Source of the DNA: Deltaproteobacteria bacterium
GTDB lineage: Bacteria; Desulfobacterota; Binatia; UBA12015
Assembly: GCA_046583355.1 (NCBI GenBank)
Contig: JAYGCM010000074.1
Coordinates: 1 to 50,973 of the forward strand
DNA: 50,973 nt
Reading direction: 5' to 3'
A program made the translations under genes and the position numbers. The notes under the pieces were generated by a model. The model worked only from the letters and a program-made list of their open reading frames with translations, ran no database searches and was not told where the DNA came from. This document shows positions 37,064 through 46,489 of this stretch, one piece after another; the stretch's first letter is position 1, and every line of letters starts with the position of its first letter.

Positions 37064-39049
37064 TCAGTCGACACGATAGAGTACAAGCCGGGCGCTGCGC
37101 TCGGCAAGGCGCTCGGGGGCACGGCCGAAGGACGCCTCCAGCATCAGCTGGTCGATGGGGAAAGTGGCGACCCTCTCGAGCGCGAAACCGGCGACCGACG
37201 ACGGGATTCGATCGTCCGGCGAAGCACCGAACTCCCCGATCAGAATATGGAAGGAACCCTCTTCCTCCAACATCGCACGAACCGCCGCTGCGTGCCCCGC
37301 TACGCCCGACTCACGCAGGACATAAGTCTGCGGAGCGCCCTCGCCGAGCCAGATGGCGGCGGCCAGATGGCTCCAATCGAGCCGCTGGTCGATCACCAGA
37401 AGAGAGCCGGCGGGGACCGCCGCGGCGATTCGTGCCGCAATCGCCTGACCGCCGGCCTGAAGCGGCGCACCCGTGGTCAGGCGCAATCCGGGGATTGCCA
37501 ACAAAAGCGCCAACGCAATGGCGCCGCGCGCAAGCCAGACGACCATGCGGCGCCTCGAGACCAATGCGGCCGTTGCCATGAGCGCCAGCATGGGCAGCAC
37601 AACCGGAACCAGACGCCGCGATGCCCAGATTTGCTCGGGCGAAACCCGGCCTGAGATGATCTGATCGAGCGCCTGGAAGAGGATCGCCAATTCGAGACCG
37701 CCGGCCCCCAAAAAGGCAAAAGCGCCGGCCAGCACCGGTGCCCAAACGACACCCGGCAGATAATAACCAAGCGCGTCCATCACCGGGAAGCCGGTATAAG
37801 AAGTGGCAAAGGCCAGCAACCCGAGCCAGAGGGCGGCGACCAACCCGCAAGCCCGGCGGATGCCACGGCCCCGCATACGACGCTCCGCCATCACGACCAT
37901 CACGCCCAGCCCCACCGAGGCCAGTACAATGAAAATTGGCAAGCCATATTTCAAAATCGGCCCCGCGCAATAGCCGTCGCCGCGACAAACCCAGATCACG
38001 CCGTAGGCGATCTGCGAATGCACCTTGATCAAAGTGAATAAAATACGGTTGCCGTAATCCGTCGGTATAGCGACCAGATGATAGAGCGCCTGGCCGACCA
38101 TCGGGATGAAAACTACCCAGGTCGCGCCGGGCAGAATCCGATGCCGTATCGGCAAAAGAGCGCGTGCCGCCAGCAACGCCGGCACAAAAACAAAGACCTG
38201 TTCGAGACGGGCAAAGGCCGAGGCACCCAGAGCCAACCCGCCGACCAGAGCAGCAATCGTGGCTTGCCGCGAGTCGCGCAAGGCGGTGCGGATAGCGAAG
38301 ACGCCGCCCCAGACCAGCGCCTGGGTGATGATCTCGGGCATCAGAAAGCGAGCGAAGAAATGCTGCGGCAGCCAACTCGCGAGCAAGGCGACAGCTAGCC
38401 CCGCCGCGAGCGCGCCGCCGGCCTCGCCGGCCAGAAGAGCGACGGCCCAAAAAGAAAAGAATGCGGCAGCAGGTCCCAGCCAGGAAATGGCCTCCGGGCC
38501 AGCCAGCGTCTCCGTCAGCGCAATCCAGACGGCCAGGAGATGGGAGAAACTCGGGTAGGCAACCGTTTCTCCCACATCGGGAACGACGATCCCGCCCGGC
38601 AAGCGCGACCAGGAGACTCGCTGCGGAGATAGGCTACCGATCGCGTAGAGCCCCGTACGGGCTGCCACACCCTGCCCCTCCAGACGGGAATCGGCGAGCC
38701 CGAGCGAGCCCGTGCGGGCGAGCAGGCGACCACTGGCGCGGTGCAGACTCGCGTCCTGCGAGAGTAAGGTCGTATCGATCGGCGGCACCAGAGTCAGCAC
38801 GGCCAGCAAGGCGAACAAGGGCGCCCAGGGCGTGGCGACTGGCGCGCCAAGAGATGCGCCAGCACGCGATAATGCCGTAAGCACCGCGGCGAACGCAGCG
38901 ACGAAGGCCAGCACCATGGGGGTGGCGGACCAGGCGTGAAGCTCGACCAGAGTGATGCCCACCCAGGAGGCCGTGGCGAAACCGGCGAGAAGAGCGAGAA
39001 AGAGCCGGCTCATCGCGTAGCCACGCTGGCGACTGTGGGTTTTAGCCAC
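37064..39049 (-). CDS. Polytopic membrane protein, probable GT-C fold glycosyltransferase
   Basis: Many TM segments, early loop with QD, YP.F.HL...W, FARFLMPE, WASRRLVPVVLP, soluble C-terminal tail; start GTG 39049 or ATG 39013. Confidence 0.6.
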   Translation of the reverse strand: MAKTHSRQRGYAMSRLFLALLAGFATASWVGITLVELHAWSATPMVLAFVAAFAAVLTALSRAGASLGAPVATPWAPLFALLAVLTLVPPIDTTLLSQDASLHRASGRLLARTGSLGLADSRLEGQGVAARTGLYAIGSLSPQRVSWSRLPGGIVVPDVGETVAYPSFSHLLAVWIALTETLAGPEAISWLGPAAAFFSFWAVALLAGEAGGALAAGLAVALLASWLPQHFFARFLMPEIITQALVWGGVFAIRTALRDSRQATIAALVGGLALGASAFARLEQVFVFVPALLAARALLPIRHRILPGATWVVFIPMVGQALYHLVAIPTDYGNRILFTLIKVHSQIAYGVIWVCRGDGYCAGPILKYGLPIFIVLASVGLGVMVVMAERRMRGRGIRRACGLVAALWLGLLAFATSYTGFPVMDALGYYLPGVVWAPVLAGAFAFLGAGGLELAILFQALDQIISGRVSPEQIWASRRLVPVVLPMLALMATAALVSRRRMVVWLARGAIALALLLAIPGLRLTTGAPLQAGGQAIAARIAAAVPAGSLLVIDQRLDWSHLAAAIWLGEGAPQTYVLRESGVAGHAAAVRAMLEEEGSFHILIGEFGASPDDRIPSSVAGFALERVATFPIDQLMLEASFGRAPERLAERSARLVLYRVD

Positions 39050-39102
39050 GCCGAAACCATCGCGGCGCCATCGCCCTTCCCTGCACCCACCACAGGGGGT
39101 GT

Positions 39103-40614
39103 TTATCGCGAGGCGGCCGTCTCGTCGAGTCCTTCGGGCACGGGCGCTGCTACGGGCTCGACCACGCGGGTGCGTTTGGCAATCGCGATCACCGAAAGGC
39201 CGAAGGGCAAGCTCAGCTTCTGTTCCAAGCGAAAGAGCGGCACCAAGCGATTTGCCACCCGCGCCTGCACACCGGGGACCGTTTTGCGCTTGAGGATTTT
39301 CCCATTCAGGTACCAGCCGGGCATGGAGAGCGCGTTCACCCGTTTCTCTTGCTCCAGGGTGAAGCCGACTTCTTCAAGCAGGCTGCGCAGCCCGGGCCCT
39401 TCGTAGCGTCGAAAATGCCCGATGGCCTTGTCCATTGCCCCGTAGAGCACCTGATGGGCCGGCACCAGAAGCACCAGCCGGCCGCCCTCTTCCAGCACAT
39501 CGTGCAGGCGCACGAGGGCCTCGCGATCCTTCTCGATATGCTCGAGAACATTCAGGCAGATGATCGTATCGTAGCGCTCGGCCGCGACCGCCGCCGGCAC
39601 CTCTTGGGTGAGGTCGAAGGCCGCCGTGCGAATATTGATATTGTTCTCGAACCGGCGCTCGAGCAGGTGCAGGTATTGCTCGTCATATTCGGTCGCCAGG
39701 ACGCGGTCCCGATCGCGCAAGAATTGCGTGATCGTGCCCGTACCGGAACCGACCTCAAGTACGCGCTGGCCCACGAAGGGCGCGATCAGCTCAAAGAGAA
39801 AAGCATTATAGCGGTCGAGTACGGCCATGCGGCGCAAGGTTGCATGCAGCGGATCATTGGCCTCGCGGTCATCGATCAGGGCGCAACGCAGCATCGTATA
39901 GACGGCCGCAACAGCATCTTTCCAGCCGATCTTTTTACCCTCGGCGTAGGAGCGCCCACTATAAGAGATCGGCACCTCGTAGATCCGCGCCTGCAAACGC
40001 GCCAGCTTCGCCGTGATCTCGGGCTCGATGCCGAAACGGTTCGAGCGCAATACCATTGCCTGAACCAACTCACGACGGATGGCCTTATAGCCCGTTTCCA
40101 TATCCGTGAGGTTCAGGTTGCAGAGCATATTCGAGAGCAATGTGAGCATGCGGTTCCCGACCGTATGCCAGAACATATGGACGCGCCGCGGATAGCCGGC
40201 AAAACGCGAGCCATAGACCGCGTCTGCCCGCCCGTCGCGCAGCGGCACGAGCATTGTCGCATAATCATTCGGGTCGTATTCGAGGTCCGCGTCCTGGGTC
40301 AGGAAGATATCGCTGGTCGCGGCGGCAAAGCCGGTACGCAAAGCCGCGCCCTTCCCCTGGTTAACCTCATGCTGCAGGAAGACGACGCGCGGCAACGCGC
40401 GCGGCGAGTCCTTGTGCAAAGCCGGCCAACCCTCGGCCGCCTGCTCGCGCAGCACATCTGTCGTCCCGTCGCTCGAACGGTCGTCGATGATAATCATCTC
40501 ATCGACGTCGCCATGGTGCGCCACACGACGCAGAAGCTCCAGGATCGTCGCCCGCTCATTGTAAACGGGGATGATCACACTCAGCGTCATCCTGGCCTCG
40601 GTCGCATTCATCAT
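39103..40614 (-). CDS. Bifunctional GT2 (DPM/DPG-like) + class I SAM methyltransferase fusion
   Basis: SVIIPVYNE, NQGKGAAL, QDADLEYDP, DMETGYK, RFGIEPEIT, GKKIGWKD; then VLEVGSGTG, LNVLEHI, GHFRRY. Confidence 0.92.
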   Translation of the reverse strand: MMNATEARMTLSVIIPVYNERATILELLRRVAHHGDVDEMIIIDDRSSDGTTDVLREQAAEGWPALHKDSPRALPRVVFLQHEVNQGKGAALRTGFAAATSDIFLTQDADLEYDPNDYATMLVPLRDGRADAVYGSRFAGYPRRVHMFWHTVGNRMLTLLSNMLCNLNLTDMETGYKAIRRELVQAMVLRSNRFGIEPEITAKLARLQARIYEVPISYSGRSYAEGKKIGWKDAVAAVYTMLRCALIDDREANDPLHATLRRMAVLDRYNAFLFELIAPFVGQRVLEVGSGTGTITQFLRDRDRVLATEYDEQYLHLLERRFENNINIRTAAFDLTQEVPAAVAAERYDTIICLNVLEHIEKDREALVRLHDVLEEGGRLVLLVPAHQVLYGAMDKAIGHFRRYEGPGLRSLLEEVGFTLEQEKRVNALSMPGWYLNGKILKRKTVPGVQARVANRLVPLFRLEQKLSLPFGLSVIAIAKRTRVVEPVAAPVPEGLDETAASR

Positions 40615-40645
40615 TCGGTTGATCTCCCTGCCTGGCCCCGCAGAC

Positions 40646-41512
40646 TCAATCTGCCGGACCGCCGTCATCCGCTTTGCGCCAGGCGATCGCGAGCAGATCG
40701 ATCCATTGCGGCGGCTCGGACTCGCCGATCTCGAAATCGGACATGCTCAGATCGACCAATTCGGCGCTTTGTGCTGCAACGCGCGAGCGCACCAGCAAGG
40801 CGAGCCGCGAAAAAAGAAACTTGACAACGACGTCGGGCAAAAGGTTGCGCAAGCCGAGAGGGTCGAGGCGCAAGAGCTTCTGCGCCTGTGCACCGCGGGC
40901 CCGCTCAAAGGCATAGACCGCCTCGTTGCCGATGACGCCCTTGACCTCGACCTTGTCGAAGAAGGGAGCCAGCGTATCGCGCAATTCGTCGGCCACATAT
41001 TCGTGTACGTGGTAGGGATTCTCCGACACGCTGGCGGGCCGATTGGGCGTGGTCAGAATCAGACAACCACCTGGCTTGAGGCAGGCCGCGGCCGCCCGGA
41101 GAAAAGGCGCCGGATCGTCGAGATGCTCGAGCACCTGGAAATTCGTCACCGCATCAAAGGTGCCCGGATCGGTCTCGGCCAGTTCCAGCAGGTTGACCTC
41201 GCGAAACTCGACATTCGGTCGAGAATACTTCGCGCGAGCGATGCCTAGCGCGACGCCGTTGTAGTCGATGCCAACCACACGCGCGGCATGTTCAGCCATC
41301 ATCGAGGCACCGTAGCCCTCGCCACAACCCGCCTCCAGAACCTCTTTGCCGGCCACCATCGGGCCGACCAGATGATAGGCGGCGAGATGCCGTGCCATAT
41401 CCGGTGCAAACCGAACGTCGTCGGCGGCAAGCCGCTCGCCGGTATAGCCCTCGGGGGCCGAGAATCCACCGGCTGCTGCGGCGGCTGCCGCCTTGTCTTT
41501 GGCTTCGCTCAC
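40646..41512 (-). CDS. Class I SAM-dependent methyltransferase
   Basis: YTGERL, RH..AY, VLEAGCGEGYG, FQVLEHL, TTPNR, NPYHVHEY. Confidence 0.92.
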   Translation of the reverse strand: MSEAKDKAAAAAAAGGFSAPEGYTGERLAADDVRFAPDMARHLAAYHLVGPMVAGKEVLEAGCGEGYGASMMAEHAARVVGIDYNGVALGIARAKYSRPNVEFREVNLLELAETDPGTFDAVTNFQVLEHLDDPAPFLRAAAACLKPGGCLILTTPNRPASVSENPYHVHEYVADELRDTLAPFFDKVEVKGVIGNEAVYAFERARGAQAQKLLRLDPLGLRNLLPDVVVKFLFSRLALLVRSRVAAQSAELVDLSMSDFEIGESEPPQWIDLLAIAWRKADDGGPAD

Positions 41513-44481
41513 GAATTATCTCCTTTTGCGGGGCGACTTATGCCCTCCACAGCCTGAATCGTTGCTCTTTTCGCCCGCGCCCACGCTGCGGCATGCCGCA
41601 CGCGCGGGTCGGGATCCTGCAAGGCGCTCTCCAACGCGCGGCCTACCACCGCCTGGGGCAACCAGGCGGCCATCCAAGCTGCTGTTTCTCTCTCTTCTTC
41701 CGTGCCTTCGTGCAACTCGCGGACGACTCCCGCCGCCACCTGCGCCGACGGAACCAGATCCGCGTCGAGCAGAAGCGAAGGCAGATATTGTGCCGCCAGG
41801 GTGCCCATCGTCAAGGAATCGAAGAGTGTCTCCAGATGCTCGGTATGACCCATCTCCAGAAGCGAGAAGGCCGCGATCATCCGCCACCAGGTGGTCTCAT
41901 CTTCATCTGAAAAATACTCGAATTGATCGGCCAGATCCTCACGCCCGGCATGCGCCATGGTAATCGCCGCGAAGGGGCCGATGCGTTGGCGCTCGACGAA
42001 ATCGTCAATCATCGCGACCATTTCTTCGTTGTCGAGCTCTTCGGAAAGGCCCCATAGGGCACCACCGCGGTCGCCGGCCATATCGAAGCGGCCCGCGAGT
42101 TGGCGGGCCATGACGAAGTTGATCGAACGTGCCGCCTCCCAGCGCAAACGGCCGCCGGAGTCGAGGAAGATGCGCTGCAGCCAAGGCAGCGCCTGGGGCC
42201 CGGCGTATTCACCCAGAGCGCGAACAAAGAGCAGCTGCTGCCGACGGCCCTGGGCCAACTCCGCCTCGACCGCGGCAAGCCCGCGCGCATCGCGGCCGGC
42301 CACCTCGAGTGCGGCATCGATCAGAAGGCCACGAATACCGCGGTCGACATCGGCCAGCCGCCCGCCCCATCCGCGAAAATCCTCAGCCCGACCGGAGCCA
42401 CCGATCTCCTGCATCTTTTGCCGAACGTCGCGATAATCGCCGGCAGTGAACTGCAAAGATTCGGGGTCGCCAAAGGCGGGAATGGCCCAATCCGGCTCAG
42501 CAGCACGCCGCGAGCGACGCGCAAGAATATCGAAGCGCCCGACCTGCCGCACCAATTCGTAATGCTCCTGAACATAATCGCGCAAAATAAAATAATAAGC
42601 AGGCGAAGCCGAGAAGTAGCCGAGTCGGTCGTTGAGCGTAACCACCAGAGGCGGTGCCGCGGCTTCGATCTGCGCGACCATCTCGGCTTCGTCGGCATGC
42701 GAGGGACGGCCGGGAAAGAAATAATCATGGGCGACCGGCGTGATGCGGTCGGTCACGAAGGGCACGATCGCAAGCGCCGGAAAGGCAAAGATGGGCTCGC
42801 CCGGCTCGGTGAGTTCCGAGACGATCGTCGCCACCTCGCGAAGCTCGCGCAGATCATGGTCGCGGTCTTCTTCGAGCACGACCGGAAGTGCGGCATGTGT
42901 AAACGAAGTCGTCGTGCGCCATTGCGGCCACGGATCAAAGGCGATGCGCGCATCGACAAAAGGCGCCGCACGCGCGAGCAGGCCGACGGCTACCGGCAAG
43001 AGCACCAGCACGCGAATGTTCCGGGCAAGGACGGCGGGGTCATGCGCGACCGAGGAAAGCGCCCGCCCCACCCAGATCTCGAAGCGCCATAGCGCGGCGG
43101 CGGCGACCACCAAAGCCGACGGCATGCTGATCACGACATGCATGAAATCAATACGTGGATAGAGTTGCAGGAAGAGCAACAAGCCGAAGACCAAGGCGGC
43201 GGTCATACGAGCGAGTCGCAGGGGCAAACCGTCGCCGAGCAGCGCAAAGGGCGCACCCGCCTGCCTGAGCCAAAACACGACGCCCGTAGCGAGCACAGCG
43301 GGAATCAGGAAAAACGCCAGGTTCTCCAGCTGCATCGCAATCGAGAGAAGCAAGCCCTCCGGCGCCAGACCGAAGAGGCCCAGCGCGGCCAATGCAGCCA
43401 CCGCGACCGCACCCACCAGCAGGCTCAGCCGACGCCCGCGCAATACTCCGGCACCCGCAAGAAAGATGACCGCCCCGAGACCGAGGATTCCTGCGATCAG
43501 CGCCCCGCTCCAAGCGGAGATATCCGGGTAGTAGATGAGATAGATTCGCTCGACGCCCGCACCGAGCAGAAGAATTTCCTCGGCGAAACGAGCCACGCCG
43601 AGACGCGGTAGAAAATAGGCCAGCCAGAGAGCCGAGACGAGGCTGAAGCCAGCGAGAATCGCGCCGACATCGGCGAAGCCCGCATGCACCGGACGAAAAG
43701 CCGCGCCCGGCAACTCGGCGCGTGCGCGCCGCCGCGCCAGCAGGCCACCGCCACATACGACAAGCAAAGGAAGTCCGAGGAGGAAAAATTGCTCGGTCCA
43801 GATATCGAAAGTCAGCACCGCAAACACGGCCAGGAAGGCGATGCTGAGCACGACGCCCTCCAGCAGCGCGCCGAGGCGGCCTACCAGTGGCGCGCTTACC
43901 AAGAGCTGGGTGAGGACCACCGCACCCAAGCCGAGCAGACCCGTATTGGGTTTGAAAGAAAAGGCCACGCCGGCCAGCATGCCGGCCATCGCAAGCCAGC
44001 CACGCGACTTCTTCTCAATTGCCTTGAACGAGGCCAGCTCAGTCGCCAGCCACGCGCAGACGCCGTACCAGGCCGGATAGGGAATATTGAAGGACGCAAA
44101 TTGGCCCGCGAAGAACGGCAGGTAAATGGCGTAAACCAACGCAGCGACCGCCGCCTCGAGCACCGGCGCGAAGCGCAGCGCAAGGCGGAAGATCAGCACG
44201 ACAGACGCCGCATTCACCGCAACCAACGAGATTCGGATCGGCATCACGGAGACACCGAAGATGTCGAAAATCGCCGCGTTCAGATAGAAAACCGCCGGCG
44301 TATAGCCGGTGTGGAAATCGAGATAGGGTCGCTCGCCGCGGAAGGTCCGCAGGATCTGGTAGAGCACCGTCCCTTCGTCGTCGAGATTGAACCCGTAGCC
44401 GACAAACGAGGCGTAGAGCGCCGCCACGAGGGTGAAGAGCAGCGCCGTCTGGGGCCAGGCGCGCGGCGCGACGTCCCTCAT
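41509..44481 (-). CDS. GT-C (ArnT/PMT-like) polytopic glycosyltransferase fused to a C-terminal HEAT-like helical region
   Basis: TM1 then DDEG...GERPYLDFHTGYTP, FKPNTG, YPRIDFMH; tail LRWEAARSI, ERETAAW, LQDPDPRVRHAAAWA; ATGA overlap with GT4. Confidence 0.7.
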   Translation of the reverse strand: MRDVAPRAWPQTALLFTLVAALYASFVGYGFNLDDEGTVLYQILRTFRGERPYLDFHTGYTPAVFYLNAAIFDIFGVSVMPIRISLVAVNAASVVLIFRLALRFAPVLEAAVAALVYAIYLPFFAGQFASFNIPYPAWYGVCAWLATELASFKAIEKKSRGWLAMAGMLAGVAFSFKPNTGLLGLGAVVLTQLLVSAPLVGRLGALLEGVVLSIAFLAVFAVLTFDIWTEQFFLLGLPLLVVCGGGLLARRRARAELPGAAFRPVHAGFADVGAILAGFSLVSALWLAYFLPRLGVARFAEEILLLGAGVERIYLIYYPDISAWSGALIAGILGLGAVIFLAGAGVLRGRRLSLLVGAVAVAALAALGLFGLAPEGLLLSIAMQLENLAFFLIPAVLATGVVFWLRQAGAPFALLGDGLPLRLARMTAALVFGLLLFLQLYPRIDFMHVVISMPSALVVAAAALWRFEIWVGRALSSVAHDPAVLARNIRVLVLLPVAVGLLARAAPFVDARIAFDPWPQWRTTTSFTHAALPVVLEEDRDHDLRELREVATIVSELTEPGEPIFAFPALAIVPFVTDRITPVAHDYFFPGRPSHADEAEMVAQIEAAAPPLVVTLNDRLGYFSASPAYYFILRDYVQEHYELVRQVGRFDILARRSRRAAEPDWAIPAFGDPESLQFTAGDYRDVRQKMQEIGGSGRAEDFRGWGGRLADVDRGIRGLLIDAALEVAGRDARGLAAVEAELAQGRRQQLLFVRALGEYAGPQALPWLQRIFLDSGGRLRWEAARSINFVMARQLAGRFDMAGDRGGALWGLSEELDNEEMVAMIDDFVERQRIGPFAAITMAHAGREDLADQFEYFSDEDETTWWRMIAAFSLLEMGHTEHLETLFDSLTMGTLAAQYLPSLLLDADLVPSAQVAAGVVRELHEGTEEERETAAWMAAWLPQAVVGRALESALQDPDPRVRHAAAWARAKRATIQAVEGISRPAKGDNS

Positions 44482-45647
44482 GCTGCCGTCTCCTCGGCGT
44501 GTTCGGCGAGGAAATCGGGGACCTTCGGCAAGGGCTCGTTCGCGGCCGCCGCATGGAGAACCTGAGCGAAGGCATCGGCGACCGCCTCCCAGTGAAAGCG
44601 CGCAGCCCAACTCCGTGCGCCCTCGGCCAGGTGCCCACGCAAATCAGGGTCGCCGAGGACACGCCCCAGCGCCGCAGCCAAGGCAGCGGCATCGCCACGC
44701 GGCACCAATAAACCGTTGCCACCGTCGCGCACGGAATCGCGCAGGCCGGGAACATCGGTCGCCACCACCGGCGTGCCACACGCATTCGCCTCGACGACGG
44801 TCAGCCCCCACCCCTCTTTATGCGAGGGCTGCACCACGACGGTCGCGCGCCGCATCCAGTCGATTTTCTCTTCTTCGGAAACAAAGCCGACAAAGCGAAT
44901 CGACTCGCGGCCGCCACCCGCCGCGGCCTGGGCGCGCAATGCCTCTTCTGCGGTGCCCGCACCAACCAGAACCAAACGAGCCGAGGGCCTGCTGGCGGCA
45001 AGCCGCGGCCAAGCGTCCAGAAGCACGTCGACACCTTTGTAATATTCGAGGCGGCCAACGAAGACGACCAGGTCTTCTTCCGGTGGCGTAGCCGCGTCAG
45101 GCACGAAGCGCTGGTGGTCGAGACCGTTGGGAATGACGCGAATCTGCTCACGGCGCAGACGGCGCTTGATCAGATCATCACGCGTGCTCGGCGACACCGC
45201 GACAAAAGGCCAGCGCCGATACGCGAGCGGCATCAGAGCCTCGCTCGCAGCCACGAAAAGTGCGATCGGAATCGACACCTGACGAAAAGCCGAGAGGCCG
45301 AAAAGATGGTGTACCAGGCCCAGCTTGGGGGCCTGCGGCAAGTAGAGCTGGGAGAAAAAAATCAGCTTGCAAAGATTCTCGACGACAATATCATATTCGC
45401 CGGTCGCCCACTCGGCGCGCGCGCGCGCGGGCAACTGCGCGTAGTACGAAAAGCGGTTACCGAAGCGGAGGTAACGAATCCCGTGGCGCGTCTCGTCGCC
45501 AACGGCGCCATCGAATGCCGCGCAGAGCACCGTCATTTCGATTCCGTGCTGCGAGACCAGGCGACGCGCGAGCTCCTCAAGATGGACCTCGACGCCTCCC
45601 GCGAGCGGATGACTCAGGTCCCGCTCGTTGAGCATCAGCACGCGCAT
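44478..45647 (-). CDS. Glycosyltransferase family 4
   Basis: LNERDLSHPLAGGVE, AVSPST, IPNG, FVGRL..YKG, EGWGLTVVEANACGTPVV. Confidence 0.93.
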   Translation of the reverse strand: MRVLMLNERDLSHPLAGGVEVHLEELARRLVSQHGIEMTVLCAAFDGAVGDETRHGIRYLRFGNRFSYYAQLPARARAEWATGEYDIVVENLCKLIFFSQLYLPQAPKLGLVHHLFGLSAFRQVSIPIALFVAASEALMPLAYRRWPFVAVSPSTRDDLIKRRLRREQIRVIPNGLDHQRFVPDAATPPEEDLVVFVGRLEYYKGVDVLLDAWPRLAASRPSARLVLVGAGTAEEALRAQAAAGGGRESIRFVGFVSEEEKIDWMRRATVVVQPSHKEGWGLTVVEANACGTPVVATDVPGLRDSVRDGGNGLLVPRGDAAALAAALGRVLGDPDLRGHLAEGARSWAARFHWEAVADAFAQVLHAAAANEPLPKVPDFLAEHAEETAA

Positions 45648-45651
45648 GCAA

Positions 45652-46368
45652 TCAGAGCCGGCCGAAGAGCTTGCGGAACTTCAACTCCCAGACGATCCAA
45701 AGAGCTTCGAGGCCGATACGTTTGCTCATTTTCGAAGTGCCGACGGTGCGGTCCATGAAGATGATCGGAACCTCGCTGATGCTGAAGCCCTTGCACCAGG
45801 CGCGGTAGCTCATCTCGATCTGGAAGGAATAGCCATTGGAGCGAACCCGATCGAGGTCGATCGCCTCCAGCGTGCGACGACGCCAGCATTTGAAGCCGCC
45901 CGTAGTATCGCTGACCGGCATGCGCGTGAGCTTGCGGACATAATAGTTGCCGAAGTAGCTCAGCAGCAGCCGCTCGATCGGCCAGTTCACCACCGTAATG
46001 CCCTCAAAATAGCGCGAACCGAGAACGAGATCGTTGGTCTTGGCACGCTCGAAGAGTGTCGGCAGGGAGTCGGGGGAATGGGAAAAATCCGCATCCATCT
46101 GCACGATATATTCGGCGCCCAGCTCGAGCGCCTTTTTGAAGCCGGCGCGGTAGGCGGGCCCGAGGCCCTCCTTGGCGCCGCGGCGGACCAAGTGGATGCG
46201 ACCGAGTTCAGCCGCGATCGCCTCTACGGCATCGCCGGTGCCATCAGGGGATTGGTCATCGACCACGACGACATCGATCTCCGGCGCGATGGCAAGCAGC
46301 GCGGGCAGGAGCTTCTCGATATTGCCGCGTTCATTGTAGGTGGGAACAACGATTACTTTTTCGGACAC
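45652..46368 (-). CDS. Polyprenol monophosphomannose synthase-like GT2 (Ppm1/DPM1), second paralogue
   Basis: PTYNERGN, DDQSPDGTG, GLGPAY, MDADFSH, GSRY..G..VVNW, SNGYSFQIE, GTSKMS. Confidence 0.93.
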   Translation of the reverse strand: MSEKVIVVPTYNERGNIEKLLPALLAIAPEIDVVVVDDQSPDGTGDAVEAIAAELGRIHLVRRGAKEGLGPAYRAGFKKALELGAEYIVQMDADFSHSPDSLPTLFERAKTNDLVLGSRYFEGITVVNWPIERLLLSYFGNYYVRKLTRMPVSDTTGGFKCWRRRTLEAIDLDRVRSNGYSFQIEMSYRAWCKGFSISEVPIIFMDRTVGTSKMSKRIGLEALWIVWELKFRKLFGRL

Positions 46369-46489
46369 GGGGGACTCTCGTTCGGGAATGGGTGAAAAGG
46401 GGAAACCTCAGCAGCATCTCGGCGCAGCCGGAGGAGCGAAACAATGCGGTATCTCTAGCAGATCTGAGCAGCGCGAAGAACCGAAGAAA

